Shown in pieces: positions 11,668 to 22,695 of a stretch of DNA of 64,000 nucleotides. Source of the DNA: Vitrella brassicaformis CCMP3155 (Eukaryota > Protista > Chromerida); the NCBI GenBank assembly GCA_001179505.1, contig CDMY01000360.1, forward strand, positions 1 through 64,000, in the 5' to 3' direction. How positions within the stretch are numbered: the first letter of the stretch is position 1; every line of letters starts with the position of its first letter. The position numbers were made by a program, and so were the translations under genes. The notes below the pieces were generated by a model. It searched no databases and was not told where the DNA came from. It saw nothing but the letters and a program-made list of their open reading frames with translations.

Positions 11668-12811
11668 TCACCGTCTCACTTTGATGGCCAGGTCCACATC
11701 ATTTGGGCAGATGGCATCCACGCCACACCGCAGGCTCCTCTGCACGTCCTCAGCTAGGTCATCGCCCTTGGACCCCCACCAGGTCATGACCCTCTTGCCC
11801 CTCGAGTGCATCCCATCCACCCACTCACGCCACTTAGCCTCGGCCGCGGCTCCTGATCCCCCCTGACCCTCCCCCAGCCGCCTCCACGCGCGCTGGGACA
11901 CATGGGCCCACTCACTGTCGTAGGCGTCGAGCCACCCCACTGCGTCATCGACCGACGGCAGGCCATTGAATAGCAGCGCCAACGCCACGCCCTCTTCCTT
12001 GGCCCTTGCACGTATCGGTGCCAGCAGATCCACATCCGACTGAGGCGTCCACTGGAACGTGCTGATTCTCTCAACGATTCCGGGGTACTTGCTCATGAGG
12101 TCGATCACTCGCGCGCCAAGAGACGGGTTGACGCCTTTGAGCTCGACATTGAGCTTGAGTCGGCCGCCACACAGCTGCAGCACCTCCTGGAGCAGAGGGA
12201 GATTGGCCAGCGGACTGCAGGGGGTGCTCGTGTGGTTGTATAGGTCCATCATGCTGGCCTTCTCGGCCTTGGAGGCCTCAGCATAGCGGCGGAGTGCAGC
12301 GGCCCTGTCCTCGCCTTGCGAAACAGCCAGACTGATCCACGGCATCCGCCTGACAGATGGACAACCTCGGACTATCGACGTGCCTGGTCCTCCTAGTTGT
12401 GTGCGTCTGTTGTTTACAGGTCGGTGTGTCCATTGTTGGTGAGGTCTTTGAACGAGGCAGTCTGCAGGCGCATGGGCGACCCATCGTCGTTGTACCCATT
12501 GGTGACGGTATCAAAGAAGAAACCTTCTGACTCGCTGCCGCACCCATGCACCACCACAACCTCCTGACAAAGGCAAACGACACACCCACAGACAGACAGA
12601 CAGACAAAGAGTGTAAGTACCATGCCATCGATCCTGGTTTGCCTACCCCGTCTGCTGTGAGCCAGCAGTCCAGCTCGGCGCCTTCGGCGCCCTTCTCGAT
12701 GGCATGTTTGAAGGCAGGAAGCGAGTTCTCGGGAATGCTACTGGCACCTCCACAGGCGCTGCATCCGGCACCACGATGCACGAAAATCGGCACACGATGA
12801 GCAAGCGCCAT
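11668..12811 (-). CDS. Glycerophosphodiester phosphodiesterase (GDPD family), multi-exon
   Basis: [66 protein letters not shown]: canonical GDPD motifs. Confidence 0.9.
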
Positions 12812-12967
12812 GGTCCAGAACACCCACAGCATCAACCGAGCCTCAGCCTCTGAAATACAATCAAATGCAGATCTCTCCGAACGTAATGCACCGCGGTGAG
12901 TTTCATACCTTTCCGCTTCGGTCGGTAGTCATCCTGATGTTGTCCTCACAGACCTGCCACCTGTGAG

Positions 12968-13297
12968 TCCTCGAAAATCGACTGGTCCACTCGGCCCTCG
13001 GAGTGCAGTTGGCTTCCTCTCCCGCTCGACCAGCGGCTTCGTGATCTCTTTCTTGGCTTCTCGAGCTGCCGGCTCCTCGACTAGCTTCGGCCAGTATGCA
13101 CAGCACCGCCGCTCCCAGTCCTTCTTGTCCTGCACACACAAACACATGGAAGCATTTTGACTGTGTGTGTGCGTTGTCGTGTGTCACCTGTGTGGAGAAT
13201 CGCTGTGGGTGGAACAGTGCTTCGCAGCTGCCCTGGTAGCTCTTCCCGAAGCATGCGCCGGAAGACAGCTGCTCAAACGGCACCTTTAATGCCGCAC
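12968..13297 (-). pseudogene. Inverted 5'-truncated copy of the CPW-WPC 3' exons (inner inverted repeat, arm B)
   Basis: Encodes VPFEQLSSGACFGKSYQGSCEALFHPQRFSTQ|DKKDWERRCCAYWPKLVEEPAAREAKKEITKPLVERERKPTALRGPSGPVDFRG with splice sites intact; begins inside the upstream intron; no 5' exons. Confidence 0.8.
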
Positions 13298-13376
13298 GAA
13301 AACCGTCTGTCGCACGAAAACCGTCTGTCGTCTCTTTTGCTTAGGGTTCAGGGTTTTCTTAGGGCTCAGGGTTTCT
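13294..13376 (+). repeat. Two consecutive 18-nt tandem duplications, the second telomere-like (TTAGGG/TTCAGGG)
   Basis: gcacgaaaaccgtctgtc x2 (13294..13329); ttagggttcagggttttc / ttagggctcagggtttct (13341..13376). Confidence 0.85.
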
Positions 13377-13399
13377 TCAAGCGAGCCCTTTGGCGTCCC

Positions 13400-15821
13400 A
13401 TGGTTGGCTCATTCTTCGGGTGCTACCTCATCAATTCGGTCACGAGGAAGCAGACGACATACGTCGGCTTCACATGCAACCCCGGGCGGCGCATCAGGCA
13501 GCACAACGGCGAGATCAAAGCAGGTAGGTACGCCACACTGCCGATGACGTCTGTTCCCTCTCGCACTTGAGCCTTCCTGGCACTGTCGGTGCGAGTCAGT
13601 ACACCTTTGGTTGTGTGCGTTGTCGGCGTGCGTGTGTGTGTGGTGATCTCATCAGGTGCTCGCAAGACGCGGCGGTGGCGTCCCTGGAAGATGATTGTGT
13701 GTGTGTGGGGCTTCCCAAACAAGATCGCTGCACTGCAGTTCGAATGGGCCTGTAAGTAAGCGGAAAGGAAAGGCGCCAAGTCAAAAGGACGCTTGTCGAT
13801 GGCTGCAGTGTTTGTCTGCGTGTGTGTCTGTTTAGGGCAGCATCCTGCTGTGTGCCGCCTGTCGCGTGACGCAGTGGCCGACCTCTCATACTGGTCGGCC
13901 AGTCAGCGATGACAGTCAGTGCACGTGTCTGGTGAGTGTGTGTGTGTGTGTGTGAGCCTCAGTGAGGTGACGAAGCGGGGTCGTCAGAAGCCTCGCACGG
14001 TGGTGCAGAACCTTGAGGTGGTCTTCAGGATGCTCAGATGCCAACCATGGGCTAGAATGCCGCTGCAGGTAGGCACATCGATCACTCAGCCACCACACAA
14101 ACACACAGATTGTCAGACACACGCAGCTGGGCGATTTTCTTGATGTGAGCAGGTGCATTTCTTGGACGCCGAGGCGTATGGGACGCTGCTGCCGCGGCTG
14201 CAGACGGCGACGGAGATACCCACACACATCAAGATAGTCCACGGCGGATTCGACGACCTGCCAGTCAAGAAGGGCAGCCAAGGTGGGCTGAGCATAATGG
14301 ATGGATGGACGAATGGGTGTGTGCAGCTGCATCCGTGTGTGTGTGTGTGCGTGTGCGTGTGGATCAGTGTGCGATAATGACGACGACATGGATGAGGGTC
14401 AACCGCTTAGCTGCGGCGAATGCAACGCACTATTTGCCGAGAAGGTGTGGAGGGATACACACAAGGACAAAACCAGAACAGAGCAGACAAGTGTGTGTCA
14501 GGATCGCATGGTTCGGTGTCCCAGCTGCCGCACACGATTCCACGTTGTCTGCGCTGCCAAGGTAGGTGGGTACACCGCACACGCATACGACCACTCCACC
14601 ACACTGCAGAGCCTCACACACACAGATGCCTGCCTTCTGTGCTTTCCCCCTGTCTGGGTCAGACCTTCCTCGAGTCCCCCTCCCCGTCAGACAGTTCCTC
14701 CTCCCTGCAGCGTCGCCCCACGCCCATATCCCTCTCACAGGACGCGTCCCCGCCATCACAGCCTGACGCAGACATGCCCAAAGCCAAGCCGACCAAACTC
14801 CTGCCTGACAGAGGTCGGTTCGGTCGCGGAGGCAGGAGAGGGAGGGCAGCGGACTTGGCTTTGCTGTTTTGATGTGTCTGTGAAGGTCAGTGCCCCGTGT
14901 GTTTCGAGCCTGTCGCGTGGGCAGAGGTATCGACTCACAAATGGACAGACGACGCCTACCGGACGCGCACAACACGTTCCTCTCTGTTCGCCTTTTTCGT
15001 TGCTCGATCAGTTTGTCCGTTCGGCGACAATCTTCGAGCCCAACCGCCCCACACAAGGAGACGATGACGACGATGACGAGGAGGATGACTCAGATGAAGA
15101 CGACAGCCACGACGACAACAACGGCAGTGAGGAGGACAAGGAGTGCGACAGCAGTGGCGGGGAGGGCGGCAGGGGCGGCAGGGGCAAAGGACCGATGGGC
15201 CTCGCCAAGAAGAAGAGGGGCCGCCCAAAGGCCAAGCCAACAGCCAAACAGCCCGTCGGCAGGCCGCCAAAGGTCCCGCGGGCCAAGAAGGCAGCAGCAG
15301 CAGCCAAGGCGGACGACACGCCGATGGACGCGTGCGTCATCGACCTGCAGACTGGCGATGTTCGCTTCCCTGGCATGATCTTCCCCGACCCCTCCACGTA
15401 CACATCCAGCCTCCAGCGGGCCGCCCACCTGCTCAACCAGCACCTGCAGACCCACATGCAGGCACAGGAGGCCCATATTGATGACGATGACGACCGCGAC
15501 AGAGGCGATCATCCCCCTCTCCCGTCGGCATCTGCACGCGAGGGCCCCAGGAGAAGGAAGAAGAAGGCTGCCGACGAGGGGCCTCAGGTGATCGACCTCG
15601 AGAAGAGCGAGGAGTTGCAGGGGCAGCAGCTGGATGGGCAGCTGGATGGCCGTGGTGGTGGTGGGATGGGGGGCCCATGCGGTAGCCAGGAGTGTGCGGG
15701 TGGGTCAGGCGGGGACGATGGCGGCAGTGTAGGTGCGGGTGGTGTGGGTGAGGCTGGGGGTGGTGGGGGTGGGTTGTCGCTGGTGGAGAGGTTGAAGCGG
15801 CGGCAGAGGGCAAACCAGTGA
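13400..15821 (+). CDS. SLX1: Structure-specific endonuclease subunit SLX1 (GIY-YIG plus RING-type finger, acidic/AT-hook-like tail), multi-exon
   Basis: [67 protein letters not shown]; finger [35 protein letters not shown]. An in-frame upstream ATG exists at 13289. Confidence 0.92.
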
Positions 15822-16098
15822 GTGAGGAGGGAGGGACGGCCGGCTGGATGGATGGATGCACGGGTTGCGTATACGTATCTGTGTGGGTGGCCGTTTGATT
15901 GAGAAACACTAGCGTGGAGGGACATTCATTTGCTGTACATACTTGTGTGTCTGTTTATTCCACATTTATTCATTCATATTACGAGTAAGTATGGGCAAGC
16001 AATGCATGCGTCGTCCAAATCCTGACAGCAAGAGGGGCCCACGACACATAAGGATATGCGTATAGCCAATGTGGCTGGCCTCTGTCGTACCGTGCTGC
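13400..16098 (+). repeat. Direct segmental duplicate of 50358..51788 (SLX1 locus plus 3' flank)
   Basis: Exons, introns and the 3' flank (atcctgacagcaag...ggcctctgtcgtaccgtgctgc) are shared with the copy near 50-52 kb. Confidence 0.88.
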
Positions 16099-16220
16099 CT
16101 CATGGGAAGCACCCTAGGAGGGCTTGGCTGTCAGATCGCCTAGGGTGCTGCGTGAAACCGCTGCGGCTGTGACTGCACGAAGAAAAGGGCAAGACGGGAT
16201 CTTCTGCTTATCTCGGAGCG

Positions 16221-17937
16221 ATGAGGGCAGGGCATTCATTGGGCACAATGCCGTCGCTACTTGTGCATGCAACGCTGCTGTGGATGTGGATCTTCAACGC
16301 CTTCAGCGTCATGCTGTCACGGTAAGCCTGAGGCACGAATCACGGGCACCGCTGCATGGTTGTCTGTGTCATGCAGATGCCGCCAGCCCTTGTTTATTCC
16401 TCCCTCTCACGTGGTTTCCCCCCGTCGGTCATTCGTCCGCTCCCTCCTGTTTGGCCGGACGCACCGCGGTTCTATGCCGAGGCCTCCACCTGCCTCGCGA
16501 GAAGCTCTTGTCTACAAGGATGTGGATCTGGATGCCCTCATCGCCCAGTGGGAGGCGAATGGTGTCGGCGATGATCTAGAAGATGAATCGCTGCCTGACG
16601 AGAGCCGGGATCTGTCGGCGGAGCAAGTGCACACATTAGCTGTTGAAGCGAGTGATGCTGGCGTGCGGCTTGACCGCTTCCTTTCGGACCACTTTCCCCG
16701 CTTCTCACGCTCCTACCTGGGCCAGCTGTGTCAAGACCAGAAGGTTTTCGTCGACGGCCGACCAGCGCGCAAGAGCGCGAAGGTGGAAGAGGGGCAGACG
16801 GTCACGGTGGAGCTCGGGGGCACGACTGAGCCGTCCTCCAACGAGCTGCTGCCCGACGAATGGACGCTTACGGCCGAGCCCATCCCTCTCAGCATTCTCT
16901 ACGAGGACGACAGCCTCGTTGTGATCAACAAACAGGCGGACCTGATCGTCCATCCCGCCCCAGGCTCGTGGAACGGCACCGTCATCAACGCACTCATGCA
17001 CCACTTCCATTTGTCCTTGCCGCCCCTGTTCGAGTCGGCCGAATCTGCGGTGATCGACTCGGCTGAACTGCTGCCTCTCCGGTTTCGTCCTGGCGTGGTG
17101 CATCGGCTGGACAAGGGCTCGACTGGCGTGCTGGTGGTCGCCAAAACTAAGCAGGCGCAGGCCCACCTGTCGCAACAGTTCGCCGACCGACTTGTCAACA
17201 AGACGTACGTCGCTGTGTCTGTCGGCAATCCCGGCACACAGAGCATCGACGTGCCAATCGCGCGGCATCCGACGCAGAGGCACAAGATGACGGCTGTCAG
17301 AGACCCATCACTCCGCGAACCTGTCAGCAAGTCCTCAAGCCCTGTGACAATCGTCGGACAGTCTCCCCGCGTCGAGGCGCTGCTGCGTGTTGCCCGCCCC
17401 GCCGAATCAGAGGTGCGCACTATCGCGACGGACGGGCGGCTGAGTGTGGTTGAAGTGGACATTCGCACCGGTCGCACACACCAGATTCGGGTTCATCTGC
17501 AGCACATCGGCTGCCCCGTGCTGGGCGACGAGACGTACGGCAATGCCGACTGGAACAGGCGATTGGCAAGGGCGCTCGACCGACAGAACCTCAAGAGGAG
17601 GGGGAAGCGGGGGCAGAGGGCTGGGACTATCGGGGGCATCTTCGATGAGCAGGATGGGCCGCGGACCTTCTTCGGTGTGGACGACATCCCACCTCATCTG
17701 CGCGATGACGGAGGAGAAGCGGAGGCCGTTGGTGATGAGACAGCAGAGGCGGACGGCAGCGAAGTGTCACCATCATCGGGCGAGTGGCATGTGCATCCGC
17801 TGCTTCACGCGCAGAGGCTCGAGCTGACGCATCCGATGTCTGGCGAAGCAATGCGATTTGAGGCGCCTCTGCCGGATGACCTTCGATGGGTGGCTGGGAA
17901 GATCTCTCCAAGGCTGGCCGGGCAGACATCTGAGTAG
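16221..17937 (+). CDS. RluA/RluD-family RNA pseudouridine synthase with S4 domain, probably plastid-targeted
   Basis: RLDRFLSDHFPRFSRSYLGQL, ILYEDDSLVVINKQADLIVHPAPG, RPGVVHRLDKGSTG (catalytic Asp), TGRTHQIRVHLQHIGCPVLGDETYG, LLHAQRLELTHP. Inferred first exon (16221..16321) encodes a signal peptide followed by an S/R-rich transit-like segment. Confidence 0.92.
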
Positions 17938-18100
17938 TAGTGTGACATCCATCTGTACAGCTTTCGTCGACGTCGATAAACGATCCGTGAATGCATGAGT
18001 AATTGAGTGACTGACTGGCAGAAAGACACAATCAAACGTCAGATGGAAACCAGAGAGACACAGACATAAGCAGAGACATACATGAAGAGACGCCACGCCG

Positions 18101-18308
18101 CATGATCGATTGATTGTCTCGCGACCGACCGAAACACACACACGCACACGCGCGAGCATCATCCATTCATCCATCGATCCGTTCATCCATCGATGATGGT
18201 GTGTCGGTTGGTGACTCTTTCCCGTGTCCCTCTGCTGCTGCTGCCCTTCCTGCTGCTAGCTCTGCTGGCCCATCCCCGCGCCACATGCCACGGCCGCGAG
18301 CTGAGCCA
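18101..18308 (+). repeat. Outer inverted repeat, right arm (partner of 1..209)
   Basis: Direct sequence match to the reverse complement of 1..209. Confidence 0.9.
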
Positions 18309-19867
18309 CGACAGCTATGCCACCCCGCCGCCTGCAGGTGGTGGTGACTATGATGAGTTGGCGGCAGACGCGTCCGACCTGCGTCGAGACGTCTACGTGG
18401 CCGAGCAGAGAGTGCGGCGCGCCAATGCGGTCGAGGCCGCACACAGGTCGACGGACGTCGCTCTACGACTCATCCGCACGGCCAGCGAGGCCGACAACAG
18501 CATCAAGCCGCTGATCGACGGCACACACATGCCGGCACTCGCCGCCAGCGGGGGCGACAGGCGGACGCTCGTCGAGGCGTGCCGCAGAAAACGACACGCA
18601 CACAAACAGGCAAAGGAAGGCAAGCATACATTACACGCAACACTCCATCAGCTGCAGACATATGCAGGACACATGGATGGAAGGGTATGTCTGTCTGTGT
18701 CTCTTTATGGTGTGTCTTTGTGTGTTGTAGACTTGTCGTCTGCCAAGGAGGAACTCAAGAAGGCATGCGACAAGAAATGTACAGAAGACAGACAGACAGA
18801 CAGACGGACTCTGCTGTCCATGTGCTCTCACTGCTTGTGTCTCGATACACACACTCACTCTGTGTATGTGCAGCCGAGGCGTCTGCGATATCTGTGTCGT
18901 TGTCATCGGTCGAGAGCGGCCGTCGCCCGCCGCCATTGTGCCCCATGAGCAGACTCGGCAAAGTCAGACTCCTCGCCAACCCAGACACCACACGAAGACA
19001 CATCGATGTCAGTCAGTCGATCAGACACACAATATATTAAGGCAAACAGAGGGAGGACAGATCAGATTGTGAGTGCAGGTCAGTGCCGAGCTGCGTGACG
19101 GCGAGTTCGCTTTGTATCGACGCAAAGAGCCGGTCGTCAGATACCAAACCGGCATCATCAACATGCCCATCCAGGTCATCGCACACCGACACACACATGG
19201 ACAGACAGAGCTCTGTCTGAGTGTGTGTGTGTCAGACTTTGCCCGACACGCACAAGTGTTTCGAGATCGATTACATGGGCGAGAGGCAGGGAATCTGCAC
19301 ACACGACACAGGAAGCGTACAAAAACACACGCACACACAAACACACACACAAATGCATGTCTAAAGTGGACACATCGATGTGTGTGTGCTGGTCATTCAT
19401 GTGTCAATCAGCGCGACGCGTGGATGGATGCGCTGACTGAGGCGTGGGCGTGCGAAAACTATGGCATCGTCGCAATTCTGTCGTCAGTCGACGCAGCCAA
19501 GACAGGCAACCAATGCAGCCCAGCACACATGACACACAGCGCATGGCTGGCTGTGTGTGTGTCAGAGGAAGCCAAGTTGGAGAGCGCTGGTAACAAGACG
19601 GTTTCGGCCGCCATTCCCGAGGAGACCATCCAACACAAACAGCAAAAGGCATCATACTCCACTCCCACACGCCAACACACCACACAGAGAGAGACACGTA
19701 TCTCATGCATGTATGTGTGCCTCTCTCTGTGTCTATCTTGTCAGAGTGCGCTCAACGTGCGTGTGGAGGCTGACGAGGAGGGAAAACCCAAAGTGACCGT
19801 CGGGGCGCTGCCGACACACAAACCACAGCAACTTGCAGCAGCAGCAGCAGCCATGGCAGTGCAATGA
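18193..19867 (+). CDS. Signal-peptide protein of unknown function, possible PH-like domain, multi-exon
   Basis: Hydrophobic leader VPLLLLPFLLLALLAH; coiled-coil exon; later exons VSAELRDGEFALYRRKEP and QRDAWMDALTEA resemble PH strands and the terminal helix. 3' end uncertain. Confidence 0.5.
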
Positions 19868-20060
19868 GTCAGTGAGTGAGTCGGCAGCAACGAGCGACAA
19901 ACAGAGACAGACAGACAGACACACTGAGTGGATACGATAAGTGAGTGTCTCCATCGACGGGCCGGCGTCTCATGAACAGCCGAACTCAGACAAAGAAAGT
20001 GCTTTGATTTGTTCCATCCATCCATATGTTGGGTGGCCCAGGCCGAGGAGGCCCGCGAAT

Positions 20061-22512
20061 CTACAGCCCCCTTGCATGCAGCAGAGTGGTCAGCTTGTCG
20101 ACAGTTTGCTGGATGGCCGCACCCATGCTGACCACGATCGGGGACAGCTTCCTCCACTCCTCCATGGAAATACTCCTAAAGCCCCCCTCTTTCTGGGCGT
20201 CGTCGTTGAGGACAATGGCGAATCCGCGGCTCTCCGTGTTGGTCGGGTGGAGCGTCGCTGCAGGACAGCATGACGCCGACACACGAATGAAGACCTCATA
20301 TGTGTGTTGATACATGTAAGTGTTTGTTACCGTAGTCTGTCAGGAGTGTGTTCCAGAGGATGTGTGCAAGCGTCAGCAGCGTCCCCGTCCAATCAGTCAG
20401 GCCCTTTGTCAGATCTGGCACCTTGTGAAGCGGCGTCTCACGCTTTACCTTGAACACGGGCATGTCCTCGGCCTTCGGAGCGCTCTCCTTTTTGAACAGC
20501 CCAAACCACGTTGGGCCCTCCACCAAGTAGATGTCATCTCGTAGCCCGCCCCAGCTGGCTTTCATGTGACCCACAAAGCGCGACAGTGCCTCTTTCAGTT
20601 TCTGCACTGGCACTCTGGGGTCGACAGACGTGGATATTGCCTCGATGGACTTCTGTCGTGCTTTTGTGGTCTCGTCAGAGGCCAGCACCATTTCCATAGG
20701 ATCTGATAATCACACAACACCGAGACTGCCTCCACACGGTTCCTTCCTTCTCCTTCCCGCATACGTACCCGTCTGTGATGCTTTCTCTGTCGGCTCCAAT
20801 ACGCTGAAGAGAACCTTCATGACGGCCTTGAATCTCCCCATGACCTCGTAGGCCTCCAAAATCGCCGCGGGTCGCTGGGCCGTGTAGCTGAGGAACAGCT
20901 TGTGCTCCCTCTTCTCTTTCGGGTCACTTTTCATCTGGAGAGAAGAAGATGGTACGAGACAAACAGACGCATGGATATGGCGGATGGATTGCTGGGCTCA
21001 CTTCTGTGATCGCGAGGTCCTCAAGAAGTCGATCGATGACCATACTGCCAGCCACTTTGCCGACGTGCCACTTCTTCTTCTTGGAGTGCTTGAGCTTACC
21101 CTGCGCTCATGTATGGTCGAAGCACTCGACGCATTTCAAATGAGCAGCTTCCCACTTCCCTTCGGGACGTTCTCACATGTGCAAAGTTGCTCAGAGCCTT
21201 GATCTGCGTGTATGCACCCGCCACACACAGAGACACAGTTATCGTGTGGGGGAAACATCACAAAATGGCTCGAGGTCTCCTGTTTGTCGGTTGGTGTAGC
21301 TTCTGCCAGATGGTCTCCTCCATCGCATAGATCTCGGCCGTGGTGGTCTCGTCCACGCTGCCCACGGTGAGCAACTCGTAACCAGCCTTCTTGAAGGCCT
21401 CTCTGTCCGTGGCACGCTCGTATTGACTGTTGATCTTCATGTTCATCGAGGTCTTGAAGCGGTCGAAGAACTGGAGGAGAGTTGAGTCGAAATATGCCTC
21501 AAGTATCTGCTTCCACTCGGGGCTCGATGGGTCCTTCGCCACCAACCTGTGACCCAGCTCTTGCCACAGGTTGTGCAGGCACGCCCAAAGGACGAAGAAG
21601 AAGAGACATGGCTGCAGAGCCGCCGCTGGTGTTGGCTGGTTCTTTACCCTGCCGTACAGGACCATGACGTCGATCAGTTCGAGGGATGCGTCTCTCTTGA
21701 CCTCGGCGTAGGCGGCATCTCCATCCTTCCAGTACTCTATCTCCCACAGAGTGTCCTGAAGGAAGAGGTCATGTCTGTGGGACACTTGTTGTTACAAAAG
21801 ACTCTTCCTGTACCATCCAGAGTCTCTTGTTGAAGTACGTCGTCATGGCTTTCCTCAGCCCCATGATGGTCTCCCGGTCAGATCCGTCCCCCCACGCCAC
21901 CGTGGCCACGGCTTTCAAATTGATCTTTTGCCTTTCGGCCTCCTTCTCCGTTACCGGCAGTTTCGATTCGATGGTGCACTCCAGCTGGCCCCGCAGCTTT
22001 GCCAGCCAGTCCGGCTTTGGCGCCGACGAAGATGTCGCTCAGCATCCCGACCATCCCGCCCTTCTGCTTCTTCCCCTTCGTGTCGCACGAGAGTCCCTGG
22101 CCGGCAAGGGTGTGGTTGGCAAAGGCCCTCTTGACGGCCTCGTCAGCCACGAGCTCGAGGCCCTCGACAGCTTTCGCTTTGAGAGCCGTCTCCATCCTGG
22201 CTCCCAGACCCTTGAAGTAGCCAGTGACCCAGTCGTGGACCCGTGTGTGGAAGGGGGCGGCCGCGGAATGGAAGGCGGCAGCTTTGCCCAGGAGGTCGGC
22301 TGGTGGTTCAGGCGTCCCATCGGGGACACCACTGGGTGGGGGAGACGCTTGGCGAGACACTGCCGCCTCACTGCCGCCTCTGCAAAGCTGGCAGTTGGCT
22401 CGGTTGCACTGCCAGACAGGTCATGGGCGATCGATGGCTGAAAGGGCAGGAGGATGCAGGCAAAGTGAATGCAGGACGCTGGGAGGACGACTGCCGCCAC
22501 AAACCTCGCCAT
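20061..22512 (-). CDS. Unknown protein, multi-exon, with an apparent frame break near 22017
   Basis: GC3-rich coding blocks at 22020..22385, 21830..22015, 21258..21770, 20720..20940, 20330..20700 and 20061..20300; no recognisable domain; start uncertain. Confidence 0.5.
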
Positions 22513-22695
22513 TTCCGCGGGTTCTCTCTGCCAAATGAATGAATGAATGAATGAGACTGGGGGCCAGACGGGGGCGGATCTGCGAGCCGGATTCTCACTG
22601 CGTGAGGATGAGGGGACTTTGATCCGTAGGAGATCCATCTGTTTCAAGATCTTGCTGGAGACTATTCATCTCGTGTCGGCTTCCCCTGTCTGGAA

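Noticed and set aside
13400-13900. GIY-YIG domain as a homing endonuclease or Penelope/mobile element
   Set aside because: Has SLX1-specific motifs (RQHNGE, RPW, FEWAWQHP), spliceosomal introns and a RING; no RT or host intron context.
16705-17477. Long antisense ORFs over the pseudouridine synthase (similar ones over GH9, SHPRH, rhomboid and ankyrin genes)
   Set aside because: Antisense shadows expected from GC3-rich coding sequence; the sense frame carries the conserved motifs.
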